Source: Spirochaetales bacterium (GTDB lineage Bacteria; Spirochaetota; Spirochaetia; JABEVK01). From it: a stretch of DNA of 64,000 nucleotides. Positions 47,777-58,411 of this stretch are shown one piece after another; position 1 is the first letter of the stretch, and each line of letters begins with the position of its first letter. Where the stretch lies: contig JBAXAI010000001.1 of the NCBI GenBank assembly GCA_037142615.1, positions 461,686 through 525,685 of the forward strand, read 5' to 3'. The notes under the pieces were generated by a model. That model had not been told where the DNA came from. It saw nothing but the letters and a program-made list of their open reading frames with translations, and did not search any database. Position numbers and translations under genes: made by a program.

Positions 47777-50700
47777 TTACCAGATACCGACCCGCAGTCC
47801 CGTCGAGAACGTCGGAACCGCCTTGGCTTCGATTTCCGACGAGATAAACCACATTGTCGCCTCGCCGTACCAACTGTAGGTGCGGAAGAACATTTGGTTC
47901 TTGAGGGTGACCTTGGCCCACTCCCACTGCCCCAGCAGGGAACCCAGGAAGACTGGTTTTGCCTCGGTACCGGAGAAATCCAGAAACTTGTCGCTCATCG
48001 AGAACAGCGAGAAGTTCGCCCCGACGGCGGCAGACATCGAGAACCAGTCCCAGTCGGGACCGAAAAAGTACGAAAACGGGATATTGGCAATATTGGCAAT
48101 GAGTTTGACCCCGGCGATTGTTCCCGAGAAACGAGACGGCGGGGCCTGACCGATTTGGGCCTGCAGCTTGACCGCGTCGTTCGAGAACGAAAACCCGACG
48201 GCCTGTTCCCACCACGTGGCACCCCAGAAGTGACTGTCGGTGTACAGGCCCTGGATGAAGGTTGGCGCACCGTAGCCCGACTTGTCACCCTCGCGCAACG
48301 CGATCTCTACCTTTGTTTTCCCGGTAGGATCCGAGGTGTAGCCCGAGAGGTCTATCTTGCCGTACACCCGCGAGTTTTCAAGAGACTTGGTCAAATTGAC
48401 CGTCGTGGGAGTTTGGCTGACGTAAACGATCATCCGCTGGACGGCCGTGGAACCATCGGCGAACTTGGCGCGGAACACCAACGGAAGCGGGCCATCGGGC
48501 AGATCCAGCGACTCGAGGCGATACTTCCACGACTCGTTGCCTACGGCCTTGGTGAAGGTCTTTCCGTTGTCGAGGGACACTTCCACGGCCGACACGAGGT
48601 GGCCCGGGTCGATGGTAGATCCTCCTGAGGTGTCCTGAATCGACATCCAGCCGGCAATCCCTTCGATGTAGGGTCGGTTGGTGACAAACGAGCCGTTGTG
48701 AAAGTTCACCACCTGGAGGTAGGGTCCCTCGGGTTCGAAAATGATCTTGCGGGGTTCGCTGACAATGGTCACGGTGTCGGTCAGCTGAACGGATGCCTGA
48801 ACCTCGTGCTCGCCCCGGTCCAACAGGTCAGCGTAGACGTCAACCTGAAAGTAGCCCTTGGCATCGACATCGACGGCAACTTTAGTCTTGCCATCGATAT
48901 TGAGCAGGGCCTTGGTGACTTTGGCCCGGGTCGTTACCTGCCCTGCGATGGTAAACAAACCGCTGCGGGTCTCTCCAGCGAGCGGATAGAGAAGCTCGAT
49001 CTTGTCGAAGCTCGTCGCCGAGCCTATCTGGATGTTTCGGGCCAGGTAGGTCGCGTTTCCGGCGGCATCGCGTGCTTCGAGGCGAAGGTTGTACCAGCCC
49101 GGGGTCATGGCTTCGAGCGGAAACTCCTGACTAAAGGTAGGCGTGGTCGGTAGGTCGTAAATCTGCACGGAGACCGGGACTGCCGTTGCAACTGTCGGGT
49201 GGCCCGCTGTCGACTGGTCGGGGGTTTCGATCAGTCGCAGCATCGCTTTGAGACTCTGGAGCGTGACGTTGTCGCTGCTTCGACCTTCCAGTTTCAGCAC
49301 ATCGAGCAGGGGCTGCCCATCGGTAGGGGTATTGAGCGTTACTTGAGGCGGGGTGTTGTCGAGGTTGAACAGGCTGGTGTAGAGCGCTTCGACGTCGTAA
49401 TTGTCGATGGTACGGATCAATACTGAGTAGGTACCGTCCTTGAGGGTCTTGGTGTCGAAGCGCCACTCCCATTCCTGACGTTCTTTCGGCTGAAACTGCT
49501 TCGCAAGAGGATCAGTCGTCGCCGCCAGCAGAAGCTCTTCCTTCTTACGGAAGTCGGCACGGTTCCAGCTCAGGCCGTTATCCAGCGAAATCGCGACTTC
49601 CTTGATCCCGTTGCGGTCGAGCCCGGCACCGATCAGACTGACCACACCGCTCACCGTCTTCTGGATGTCGGGGGCAAGAAGAAGGGCCTGGGGCTGAGAC
49701 AACGAGACTCGGAACGTGGAACTGAAGAGATTGCCCTTGGTTCCGTAGAGGTCCTCGGCCTGCATTTCGATGAGGTGTTCGTTGTCGTTGAACAACTTCA
49801 AGGGCTCGTTCACGGTAAAGCTGGTAGCGTTGTCGATACGGGTCCAGGGGCCACCGTCAATGCGGTACGACACTGATTTTACTCCATCGTCATCGAAAAC
49901 CATGCCGGTAAGCTTGAAGTCAGTCTGCACGACCTCCCCGTTGGCCGGAGTCTGGATCTGGACCACGGGCTTGTCGGCTTCCTGATCGATTGTAAACTGG
50001 ACTGGCGTTACGGACTGGTTGCCCGCAATATCGGTCGCTCTGACATACCAGCGCTCGGGTATGCGGATGTAGGAGGCGAAGTCGAGGTTGAAGCGGAAGA
50101 CATCGGTGCCGTCGGCGGGCCGGTACACTTTGCCATCCTCGCTGTACTCAATCAAGGCGATCGCGCTGGTATCTTCGGCGGTTCCCACAATGGAGGTCAG
50201 GCCATTCACCTTGAAGTCCACTGGTGGCGTCACTTTGGTGATCACTGGGGGTGAAGTATCCTTGGTGACCCACCGCTCGGCTGTGGTCTGGTGGCCGCCT
50301 TTGTCGGAGGTCCGGATCAGAATACCTACCAAGCCATCGCTGGAACCCAACGGAAACTTGGCACTGAACACCCCTGCCTGCAGGGCTAAATTGGTCCAAC
50401 TGGCTCCGGAGTCGATGGAGACTTCGGAAGTCGCAACGCCCGAGGGATCGGAGATTTGACCGGCGAGCTGGATCGAGTCGCGAACCCACTGGCCTGTCGA
50501 AGGGTCGGACCAGTCAACCGTCGGTCCCGAGACATCTGCCGAAACCGTGAAGGGCTTGGTGCTGAACGTTTCGTTGTCGATGGTCACGGCGTTGACGGTG
50601 AACGGACCGAACAGGCCCTCTTCCAAGGCCGTTAGGGTGATCTTGTCACCGACGAAAGTTACCTCGAGCTGCGGTACCGGAGGAACAAGGGTCACCGCCT

Positions 50701-53700
50701 TGAGCGTACGACCACGGAAGGTTCCTGACAACGGCTCGCCGGGAAGCATTTCGATGCGCGAAGTGGCTTCGTTCAGGCGGGTGTCGGCGAAAACGACACC
50801 CTCAACGTCGTTGACGGCCGAGGGATCCTTGGGCCAGATGCGATGAAACAGGGTCCGGCCCTCGATCTTTTGACCTAAAACGTCTTCACCGCGAACGCTC
50901 ACCCCGATTCGGGCGTAGGGCAGATCGGTGGGGATGGAGGTGTCAAAGGTCCACTGGCCTTCATTTTCTTTGTCTTTGACGGGACTCAGGGCCTGAAAGC
51001 TACCGGTCCAAACATCAGGGCTGGAAACATCAGCAAAACGGATCTCGAGCTTGCGCCAGGCATTCATCGAGAGAATCCGCCCCTGGAACCGGCTGTTCTT
51101 GGTGACTTCCAGGGACGCCCCAAAATCAACATTGCTGAACTGGACGGCTCCGACGGCAACAGTCTGCGTGAAATCCACGGTTGCGGGCTTACCCTCTTTT
51201 CCCGAAGCGTCGACCGGCGTAATGGTCAGGCGGTGGTTTCCCGGTACCGGTACTCCAAGGTCGACCAGAAAGGTGCCAACGGGCGGCTTTTTCAGGTCAG
51301 GGGGTGTACTGGTTTTCACGCCGTTATCCAACTGCGTGGTCCACCCGACGTAGCCGCGGTTGTCACCTATCCAGCCTGACGCCGTGACGTTTCCAGTGAG
51401 AATCAGTTTGTCAGGCTGCGGTAGAAAATGGGCGCGCGGCAGGTCGCCCGCGTCGTCATACGGCAGACGAAAGTTTGTGGCGACACTTTGCTTGGCGTCG
51501 TTGGCCGCGGTGAACACCAGGGTTCTGTCTTTCCAGGTCGAAGCATCGACCTCAAATGAGAAGAAGCCGGCATCGGTAAGGTCAAGCTTGGGCATGTCGA
51601 GGGACTCTCCCTTGACGCTCACCGTTGGCACCGGGGAGAAACCGGTGATCCGACCCATGACCGTCAACGGACCGTTGAGCCCTTTCCTGTCGGCTGTCGG
51701 AAACAGGATTTCCACAGCCGGAGAAGCCACCGGTACCGGTGTCGGCGACGACACCGACGGCTGCAGCACCAACTGGATCACCTTTTCAGTCTGGTTGCCC
51801 GCATAGTCTGTCGCTCTTACGGGAATGCTCGCTCCCAGGTAGGTTGCCAGGTCGAGGCTGAGCGTAAAGGGCCGGTCGGTCGGGAGAGCGACCGGCTTGC
51901 GCCCCAATTGCACTTCTGCCTTGGCTATCGCGCCTTCATCCTGAAAACGCCCGGTGACAAGCACGGTTCCCTGGGTCCCCGCTGGCAGCGCGGGGATGGC
52001 AAGATCGATCTCGGGACCTTGAGTGTCGCGACGGACGACCGTCAGGACTGTACCGGTTCGGCCCGCGTTGTCGGTGGCGCGAAGCAACAGGTTGACGATT
52101 TCATCGGGCGCTGGCAAGCGGATCGAACGGGTGAAAGAGGCGGAGTTTCCACTTGGAAGTTCCAGTTCCTGCCAGGTCTTTCCGTTGTCAACCGACCATT
52201 CCAGCTTGGCCAGGCCACCGGCGTCGCTGACCTGGCCCTCCACCTTGAGCACCTCGCCGACCCAGGTTCCTGGCAGTGGCGCCGACAACCCGATGACGGG
52301 GCCAGCCATATCGCTGAACAAGGTTCCGAACTCGGTTTCGTAAAGGCGGCCCTTCTCGGTGATGATCCGCAACTTGAGACCCTCGACCCGTCCGTCCCGC
52401 AGCGACTTCAGGGTAACCAAGGGACCCTCGAACGAAGCCGAAACCGGCAGTGCGCCAGTCTTGCTGTTGCTGACCAGTTCGACACTTCGGATGCGACCGC
52501 TGCTGAAATAGCCGACCATCGGGGTTTCGGGGGTCAAAAGGATCGGGCTCTTGCCGAAACGGGCATCCACGACGGCCAGACCTTCATCGCCTTGAGCCAC
52601 CGAGAAATTGAGGATATTCAAGTAGGAGGAACTCGTGAAGGACTGGTCGTAGGTGTCGATGGCCGTGACACTGACAGGCACAATTCCGAAGGGCGGATCG
52701 GCAGGCAAAGTCAATTCCGCGGTCGTGACTCCCTTGACGGTCTGTGGTGTGACTTTGACCGGCGAACCGTTTCCAAGCGTCCAGACGAGGCTCTTGAGCG
52801 GGTTTGCGAGGTTCAAGGAGACCTTCAGACGTGCCTTCTTGTCGGGGGCCAGGGTGATCCCGGGAGTAAACGGCACTTCTTGGTCTGGCAACAAAACGCT
52901 TTCAAGGGAGACCTGGGGCTGTTCGAGGACCCCGGTAAACGTGGCAGATACCGGGTGACCGCGGCGCTTGAGAGCATCAACAGGAACCAGCGACAGGAGG
53001 TTGCGGCCAGAGACTACGCCGGACAACGGGAACGAAAAAGAAGGCCCGCTGGCCTCGAAGTTCTCGGCTCCCCCGTTTAGAGTCCAGGCCACGCCCCCGG
53101 GTCCATCAGGGGCGAGCAGGCTTCCCGTGAGATTCATGGGACTGTTGAAGGTGCCTTTGTCGATAGCCGGACTAAGCACGAGCGTGGGAAGCGAGGCTTC
53201 CCAATCAGTCTTGCGTTTGACCGTGAGGCTGCCTTTGTTTCCGGCGGTATCGATCGCTTCAAAAAAGAGCGTCGCTTCGCTGCCGGTCTCGGAGTTCAGG
53301 TCGACATCGACCGACCAAAAGGGGTTGCCAGGAACGACCGTGATAGGCACCGGGGCCGACTTCCCCACCTGAACCGACATCGAGGAAATGCCAAGCCGCT
53401 TGGTCACCTTGCCTACAAAACGGACCTGACCATGCACACCGACCTCCGGTCGTGGCGAAAGCACCTCGATGAGGGGCGGCGTATTATCAACGTACAGTAG
53501 CAAGGCGGTTCGGCTGTCGGAGCCCTGTTTGTCAACACCGCGGAGCCAAACGACTAGCGGCCCGTCTGCGAAGTTCCGAGACGCAAGACGGGCTGTCCAC
53601 GGGCGGCTCGTAGCTTTTTCATCTCCTGACAAGACAAGGTTTTTCCAGGTCTTTGCATCGTCAGTGCTCAAACTCATGCCGCCCAAACCGTTGCCGTCAG

Positions 53701-54334
53701 CCAAGACACCCTGCAGTTCGATATCGCCAGTGATGCGGTCGCCGGAAACGTGGTTTGCGATCGTGATCAGCGGTTTGAACTGATCAATGGTCACCGGAAC
53801 TGAAACGATTTTGCCTTCCAGTCCATGAACGTCGACTCCTCTGACTTCCACAAGGTGCGGCCCGTCAGGATAGGGAGAAATGTCCAGACTGTACGACCAG
53901 AAAGAAGTACCCGAAGCCGACTTCCACTCGGCCCCATCGACGCGTACCTCGACCCGCCCAACCCCCTCGGTGGCGATGGCGGCTCCGACAATGTTGACGT
54001 TAGCGTTGACTCTGGTTCCAGAGTCGGGACTGGCCACCGTCACAACAGGCTTCGCGCTGTCGGGGTCATTGATGATGTTGAAAGGCCCTGAGTACGAAAC
54101 GTTCCCGGCCTCATCCGTGGTCTTGATGACCACGTTGTACGTGCCCGGTTTTTGATCCGTCAGGTCAATCGTGCCGGTGAAGGTCTGCGACCCCTGAGCC
54201 TGCTTGTAGGTGGTCTCTTTCTGTCCGTTGGCCGAAAGGGGCACTGTAAACGTCAGGAGCGCGGCACAAAGCAACGCCAACCCCCGCCAGGGGAAGAGAA
54301 ACAAGGAGGAGGTCGCTTGCTTTAGGTCTTCCAT
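47777..54334 (-). CDS. Giant secreted Ig-like (Big) repeat protein, about 2185 aa
   Basis: Signal peptide; many repeats of DxxxPxxxxxxP...GxxxD..G...VEVSxDxG.W...ATDxAGN; C-terminal beta-rich region ending in Trp. Confidence 0.87.
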   Translation of the reverse strand: MEDLKQATSSLFLFPWRGLALLCAALLTFTVPLSANGQKETTYKQAQGSQTFTGTIDLTDQKPGTYNVVIKTTDEAGNVSYSGPFNIINDPDSAKPVVTVASPDSGTRVNANVNIVGAAIATEGVGRVEVRVDGAEWKSASGTSFWSYSLDISPYPDGPHLVEVRGVDVHGLEGKIVSVPVTIDQFKPLITIANHVSGDRITGDIELQGVLADGNGLGGMSLSTDDAKTWKNLVLSGDEKATSRPWTARLASRNFADGPLVVWLRGVDKQGSDSRTALLLYVDNTPPLIEVLSPRPEVGVHGQVRFVGKVTKRLGISSMSVQVGKSAPVPITVVPGNPFWSVDVDLNSETGSEATLFFEAIDTAGNKGSLTVKRKTDWEASLPTLVLSPAIDKGTFNSPMNLTGSLLAPDGPGGVAWTLNGGAENFEASGPSFSFPLSGVVSGRNLLSLVPVDALKRRGHPVSATFTGVLEQPQVSLESVLLPDQEVPFTPGITLAPDKKARLKVSLNLANPLKSLVWTLGNGSPVKVTPQTVKGVTTAELTLPADPPFGIVPVSVTAIDTYDQSFTSSSYLNILNFSVAQGDEGLAVVDARFGKSPILLTPETPMVGYFSSGRIRSVELVSNSKTGALPVSASFEGPLVTLKSLRDGRVEGLKLRIITEKGRLYETEFGTLFSDMAGPVIGLSAPLPGTWVGEVLKVEGQVSDAGGLAKLEWSVDNGKTWQELELPSGNSASFTRSIRLPAPDEIVNLLLRATDNAGRTGTVLTVVRRDTQGPEIDLAIPALPAGTQGTVLVTGRFQDEGAIAKAEVQLGRKPVALPTDRPFTLSLDLATYLGASIPVRATDYAGNQTEKVIQLVLQPSVSSPTPVPVASPAVEILFPTADRKGLNGPLTVMGRITGFSPVPTVSVKGESLDMPKLDLTDAGFFSFEVDASTWKDRTLVFTAANDAKQSVATNFRLPYDDAGDLPRAHFLPQPDKLILTGNVTASGWIGDNRGYVGWTTQLDNGVKTSTPPDLKKPPVGTFLVDLGVPVPGNHRLTITPVDASGKEGKPATVDFTQTVAVGAVQFSNVDFGASLEVTKNSRFQGRILSMNAWRKLEIRFADVSSPDVWTGSFQALSPVKDKENEGQWTFDTSIPTDLPYARIGVSVRGEDVLGQKIEGRTLFHRIWPKDPSAVNDVEGVVFADTRLNEATSRIEMLPGEPLSGTFRGRTLKAVTLVPPVPQLEVTFVGDKITLTALEEGLFGPFTVNAVTIDNETFSTKPFTVSADVSGPTVDWSDPSTGQWVRDSIQLAGQISDPSGVATSEVSIDSGASWTNLALQAGVFSAKFPLGSSDGLVGILIRTSDKGGHQTTAERWVTKDTSPPVITKVTPPVDFKVNGLTSIVGTAEDTSAIALIEYSEDGKVYRPADGTDVFRFNLDFASYIRIPERWYVRATDIAGNQSVTPVQFTIDQEADKPVVQIQTPANGEVVQTDFKLTGMVFDDDGVKSVSYRIDGGPWTRIDNATSFTVNEPLKLFNDNEHLIEMQAEDLYGTKGNLFSSTFRVSLSQPQALLLAPDIQKTVSGVVSLIGAGLDRNGIKEVAISLDNGLSWNRADFRKKEELLLAATTDPLAKQFQPKERQEWEWRFDTKTLKDGTYSVLIRTIDNYDVEALYTSLFNLDNTPPQVTLNTPTDGQPLLDVLKLEGRSSDNVTLQSLKAMLRLIETPDQSTAGHPTVATAVPVSVQIYDLPTTPTFSQEFPLEAMTPGWYNLRLEARDAAGNATYLARNIQIGSATSFDKIELLYPLAGETRSGLFTIAGQVTTRAKVTKALLNIDGKTKVAVDVDAKGYFQVDVYADLLDRGEHEVQASVQLTDTVTIVSEPRKIIFEPEGPYLQVVNFHNGSFVTNRPYIEGIAGWMSIQDTSGGSTIDPGHLVSAVEVSLDNGKTFTKAVGNESWKYRLESLDLPDGPLPLVFRAKFADGSTAVQRMIVYVSQTPTTVNLTKSLENSRVYGKIDLSGYTSDPTGKTKVEIALREGDKSGYGAPTFIQGLYTDSHFWGATWWEQAVGFSFSNDAVKLQAQIGQAPPSRFSGTIAGVKLIANIANIPFSYFFGPDWDWFSMSAAVGANFSLFSMSDKFLDFSGTEAKPVFLGSLLGQWEWAKVTLKNQMFFRTYSWYGEATMWFISSEIEAKAVPTFSTGLRVGIW

Positions 54335-54356
54335 TGTGCCGTGCCTTTTTTCAATG

Positions 54357-54384
54357 TTATCGGCAGAAACGCAGACGAACTTCA
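54357..54384 (-). promoter_or_regulatory. Candidate sigma28 promoter (TGAA-N16-GCCGATAA)
   Basis: Perfect FliA -10 octamer 22 nt upstream of ATG54334. Confidence 0.6.
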
Positions 54385-54521
54385 ACTTGAGCAATACGAC
54401 GACACCTTGCTACGAGGGTGTCCTTGCTCGACCCGATGAATCCAATTTAGAGATTTTAGTCATTTTAGGCAAATCATCCGAACGAAAGAGGCCCGAGTTT
54501 CTGTCCAAACGGACAAAGGCC

Positions 54522-56087
54522 CTATTTCTTCCGCTTAGGAACGATGGTAAGAGGCAAAGTCGTGTCAGTCTTCCATTGCGCCTGGTCGGCAGAAACCTTG
54601 CTCTTGGCCAGCCCCCCGATGCCCCGGGTCTTCACAAGCAACTCGTTGTAGTCTTCTGCCAACACGGCAAACTCGTAGTTGTCGATCGAGACGACCTGCG
54701 TCGCATAGGGTGCCATCGGCTCAGGTGAATAGAACACTTGGGCCGCCTCACTGCCAAACGGGGGCGTGAAGGGTCCCATCCGGTCGAGCTTGTAGGGCTT
54801 TCCCACGTCCTTGGGAAAGATCCGCACATTCTCAACCAGCGGGGTCCGACGCCTCTGGTCGCCTGCCAGATGGTAGAGAACGCTGACGTAACCGGGGCGG
54901 TTCACTTGAAGACTGAACTCAACGTACTCGCCTTCCTCGAACACAAGCCCTTCGCTTCCCTTGTTGGTCCAAACTTTCAACTCCGTCTTGACGGGATTGT
55001 CATACAGCGCGACCTGAAGGTCACGATCGATAGCAGCAATATTGAGGTTGTCGGGCACAAACTTGAACTTCTGCGCGCGGACAAAGTCGATGTCGAGATC
55101 GGTATCCCAGGTACCCGCAAGATCCCCGGTGACAAGGTTTGTCAGTTTGAACACCACATGCCAGCCGTCACCAGCCTCGTAGTACGAACCTCGCAACTTG
55201 TAGGCCGGAGTGTCGGTTGGGGTCCCGGCAACCACCTTGAGGCCCTTCACCGTCAATTGAAGCGCGTCCGATAGGTCTTCGCGCAGGTTATAGAAGAACT
55301 CGCCGGAAATGTCGGTTGTCTTATACACTGCGGGGACGAGCTGAACGGACTTCCCAGTCAAATCCTTCCATGAAAAGGCTTTCACCAGCGCGTTGACCAG
55401 GTCCTTTTCGTTCAGGATGCTGACGGCCAGCGCACCGCTGCGAACCTCGTCCTTGGCGGTGTAGTACTTCTGCAGCACCTCGGAAACATCGAGCGGTTTG
55501 CCAAGTTGACGTGCCAGCACGACATTCTGAACCAAGTCATCGAGGTGCTTCTCCATGGCCGCAAGACTAGACTGCAAAAGGTCCAGCCGCTTTTTCGAGA
55601 CCAAGCTCTTCACCTCGCTGAGGTCGGAATCCAACTGGGCGACCAGCTTGACCCGCGTGGTATCGAGGTTGTCGCGCAGAGTCGCCTTGTTGAGCACTGC
55701 CAGTGCCACCCAGCGGTTGGCCGACGCGTCGAAAAAGATCTCGTAGTTCTCGACACCACCGAGGTCGAGACTGACCATGGCCTTGACGTCACTCTGGTAA
55801 CTGCTGAAGTTCTGAGTTCCCGACGAACTGTCGGTGATGCGGGAACTGGCGTCGATGCTGACCTTGAGCCGCTGGGCCAGATCCTTGAGTGCCTGATCCT
55901 TGGCGGCCTGCTGGGCTCCGTTGGCGGCCTTGCCCTCGAACGACGACATGCCGTAGCCCGTCAGCGTGGTCCTCGAATCAAAGTCGGTGTCAGAGCCACC
56001 GGAGGCGGCCCAAGAAGGGGTGGGGGCCGCCGCCCAGGCGAAAGTAGTAGCCCACAGAAGTCCTGCGACCAGAAGTATCCGCGTCAT
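54522..56087 (-). CDS. Secreted LPP20-like + CsgG/FlgO-like + DUF4384 protein
   Basis: PSW..LTGYG..AKDQALKDLA (LPP20-like); LRGSYYE..VVFKLTNLVTG; KVWTNKG..FEEGE..VNRPGYV..PPFGSE (DUF4384). Confidence 0.72.
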   Translation of the reverse strand: MTRILLVAGLLWATTFAWAAAPTPSWAASGGSDTDFDSRTTLTGYGMSSFEGKAANGAQQAAKDQALKDLAQRLKVSIDASSRITDSSSGTQNFSSYQSDVKAMVSLDLGGVENYEIFFDASANRWVALAVLNKATLRDNLDTTRVKLVAQLDSDLSEVKSLVSKKRLDLLQSSLAAMEKHLDDLVQNVVLARQLGKPLDVSEVLQKYYTAKDEVRSGALAVSILNEKDLVNALVKAFSWKDLTGKSVQLVPAVYKTTDISGEFFYNLREDLSDALQLTVKGLKVVAGTPTDTPAYKLRGSYYEAGDGWHVVFKLTNLVTGDLAGTWDTDLDIDFVRAQKFKFVPDNLNIAAIDRDLQVALYDNPVKTELKVWTNKGSEGLVFEEGEYVEFSLQVNRPGYVSVLYHLAGDQRRRTPLVENVRIFPKDVGKPYKLDRMGPFTPPFGSEAAQVFYSPEPMAPYATQVVSIDNYEFAVLAEDYNELLVKTRGIGGLAKSKVSADQAQWKTDTTLPLTIVPKRKK

Positions 56088-56872
56088 TTTTTCTCCTTGA
56101 GCGGAGCGGTGACCAACTGTCGGGCAAACTCGGCGTGCTCTTTCAAGAAGAAGTCCCACTGTTGATCCAGCTCGTCGAGAACGAACAGTTGGTAGTCGGC
56201 CAAATCGCGTGCCCGGAAGTCCTGAAAAAAGGCGTCGTCCTCGGCGGCAAAGTGATCGTACAGCGGGCCCACTTTCCCGCCCTCAAGGTCGGAAAAAGCT
56301 CCGAAGTCGAAGTAGTCGCTGTCGAGCTTGCTGAGTTTCTGGGCGCGGGGCCGGTTGCTTCCATTGGACAGCAGCTTCTGACCAGCCGACACCAACAAAC
56401 CTTGCGCGTCGTCCCCCAAAAGGGCGAGGTTGTAGACCGAGCCCTGCTTGACGGCGAGTTGGGCCTCACCGGCGGAGTTTGATAACACCGTAAACTGGGT
56501 TCCCCGCACCCCCATGGACGCGGCAGGTGTCCGCACCTGAAACTCCGCTCCGGGCACGAAGACATCCGCGAGAATTTTTCCGGTCTGCATCAGGATTTTG
56601 TCTCCCGAAGAAGACGAACCTAATTTTAGCTTGGCCAACGAGTTAGCGGAAATCAACAACCGCACTTTGTCTTTCTTGACCAGTTCAACCGAACTTGACG
56701 GTCCGGTCCGGATGTAGCCGTTCTCGCCGATCTTCTGCCCCTCGACAAGGGGCTTCCAAGCGGAAGTTCCCTCGTTTCGGTACTCGGCCGTTCCCTCAGA
56801 AAAGGCCACCAGAAGTTGCGCAGAGAGAAGGGAGGGAAGAAATACCAGCAAGAGTCCGAGGATGAACTTCAT
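56084..56872 (-). CDS. Secreted FecR-domain protein
   Basis: IRTGPSSSVEL, TGKILADV..FQVRTPAASMGVRGTQF. Confidence 0.85.
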   Translation of the reverse strand: MKFILGLLLVFLPSLLSAQLLVAFSEGTAEYRNEGTSAWKPLVEGQKIGENGYIRTGPSSSVELVKKDKVRLLISANSLAKLKLGSSSSGDKILMQTGKILADVFVPGAEFQVRTPAASMGVRGTQFTVLSNSAGEAQLAVKQGSVYNLALLGDDAQGLLVSAGQKLLSNGSNRPRAQKLSKLDSDYFDFGAFSDLEGGKVGPLYDHFAAEDDAFFQDFRARDLADYQLFVLDELDQQWDFFLKEHAEFARQLVTAPLKEKK

Positions 56873-56877
56873 CGCAC

Positions 56878-57630
56878 TCACCGTACCAGGTACTCGACTT
56901 GACCGGCCCGGATGCGCACCACATCCACCTTGGTGTCGGTCAAACGCGGAAGGAACTGCACACGGGCCAAGGTACTGTTGATGTACAGCGAGATTTTCAC
57001 TCCGGCCAGTGCGGCCTCCTTCGAATAGTTGACGATCGAGAACACGTACTCGGCGGACGGTTGAATATTGAGCAGCGTCAGGGTTTCGGGGCCGTAACCG
57101 TTGCGGGCGTCGCGGTCCAGCGCGGCCTTTCCGTTCACGGCCTTCATGGTGTGGTACGAAACCTCGAAGCTCGGTCCCCTCAGCACCGCATCGACATCGG
57201 CAGGCCGACGGTCCCATTCAACAACGAAGCGCGCCTGATTGGGGGGAATCGCCGGTGAAATCACAAAACGTTTGGTCATGATGGTTCCCGCCTGGATTCG
57301 CAGGACATCGCGGTAATCGACATAGCCCGGAGCCGCAATGTTGAAGGGAAGGTCCAAGTCGCTGATGTCGGCGATCTCCTCCAAGGGGAACTCGACGATG
57401 CCGTCGGCGTTTCCCCTCAGGGTGGTCCCATCGTCGAGAGTCAGGCGAAGATTCTGAACCGGCTTGGCCGACACTGCATCCTTGAACTTCAGCTGAATCA
57501 CCCCGTCGAGTTCGGAGTAGCCGTCGATCTCGGCGATCTCGCGGGTTGTCCAGAAGTCGACAGCAATCGCGGGAACGCCCGCCAGCGATACCAGTGCCAG
57601 CAAAGCCAGAGAAGCAGGTGTAGGACGCAT
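56878..57630 (-). CDS. Secreted protein with YfaP/DUF2135-like domain
   Basis: Signal peptide; VEWD..ADVDAVL.GP, LDRDARNGYGPETLTL. Confidence 0.7.
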   Translation of the reverse strand: MRPTPASLALLALVSLAGVPAIAVDFWTTREIAEIDGYSELDGVIQLKFKDAVSAKPVQNLRLTLDDGTTLRGNADGIVEFPLEEIADISDLDLPFNIAAPGYVDYRDVLRIQAGTIMTKRFVISPAIPPNQARFVVEWDRRPADVDAVLRGPSFEVSYHTMKAVNGKAALDRDARNGYGPETLTLLNIQPSAEYVFSIVNYSKEAALAGVKISLYINSTLARVQFLPRLTDTKVDVVRIRAGQVEYLVR

Positions 57631-57646
57631 GGAACCCTCCCTCGGG

Positions 57647-58411
57647 TTACGGAGACAAGATTCGGATGGATGCCTCGGGAGCCGAGACCAGAACAAGTGC
57701 GTCACCGCTCTGAGGATCCACCCAGCGACCGTCGACACGGATGTCGGCCATCGCAAAGTTCAATTCGATCCAATCCATCTGCGAATACGAGTCGGCCTTG
57801 CCGTCGGTATCGACCCGTGTGACCCGACCAAGATCGACCTGTTTGGTGCGCAGGAGTTGGAACACGGCGAGCTCCTCAGCCTTGACCCAAGCGTCAGACG
57901 GATTGCCCTTGAGGGTGAAGTCACCGACTGCCCGCAGGCGCCCAGCCCGAGTCTCACCTACGACGTCGGCCCACTCCGGCCTGGCAAGTGCCGTTGGCTC
58001 CAGCGGAGCCGACTTGGGAGGGCTTTCCAAGACCTGTGGCCCCACCAGGTAAACGTACTCGCGCAAGTAAAGGTTGACAGGGTAGCGTTCCTTGACCTCA
58101 AGGTGCTGGGCCAAGACGGTAGCCCTTTTCTGGGAGAAATTGTACGTGTAGTCGGTGTTGCGCCAAGTCCGGTCGTCCAGCGATTCATCGAAGAACTGTT
58201 GAAAACTTCCAAGCACGTTCGAACGGCTGTAGGCGGTCAGCACAAAGGCTGCCGCCTGAACGGCCTCATCGGAGGACTTGGCGAACACCTCGCACCACCC
58301 CGGTCCCAAGGGTTTCCAGAACCACGCTGGCATGGCCGTCTGGGCGGTCAGCCCGGACGCCGTGGCCAGCACGAGTCCTAGGAACACCACGGATCGGAGT
58401 CGCTGGTTCAT
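57647..58411 (-). CDS. Secreted hypothetical protein with two LPP20-like PxW modules
   Basis: Signal peptide; MPAWF and RPEWA motifs; overlaps upstream gene stop. Confidence 0.65.
   Translation of the reverse strand: MNQRLRSVVFLGLVLATASGLTAQTAMPAWFWKPLGPGWCEVFAKSSDEAVQAAAFVLTAYSRSNVLGSFQQFFDESLDDRTWRNTDYTYNFSQKRATVLAQHLEVKERYPVNLYLREYVYLVGPQVLESPPKSAPLEPTALARPEWADVVGETRAGRLRAVGDFTLKGNPSDAWVKAEELAVFQLLRTKQVDLGRVTRVDTDGKADSYSQMDWIELNFAMADIRVDGRWVDPQSGDALVLVSAPEASIRILSP

Noticed and set aside
54490-54521. Hairpin TGTCC-AAAC-GGACA downstream of the DUF4384 gene as a terminator
   Set aside because: Short stem without a clear U-tract; not enough support
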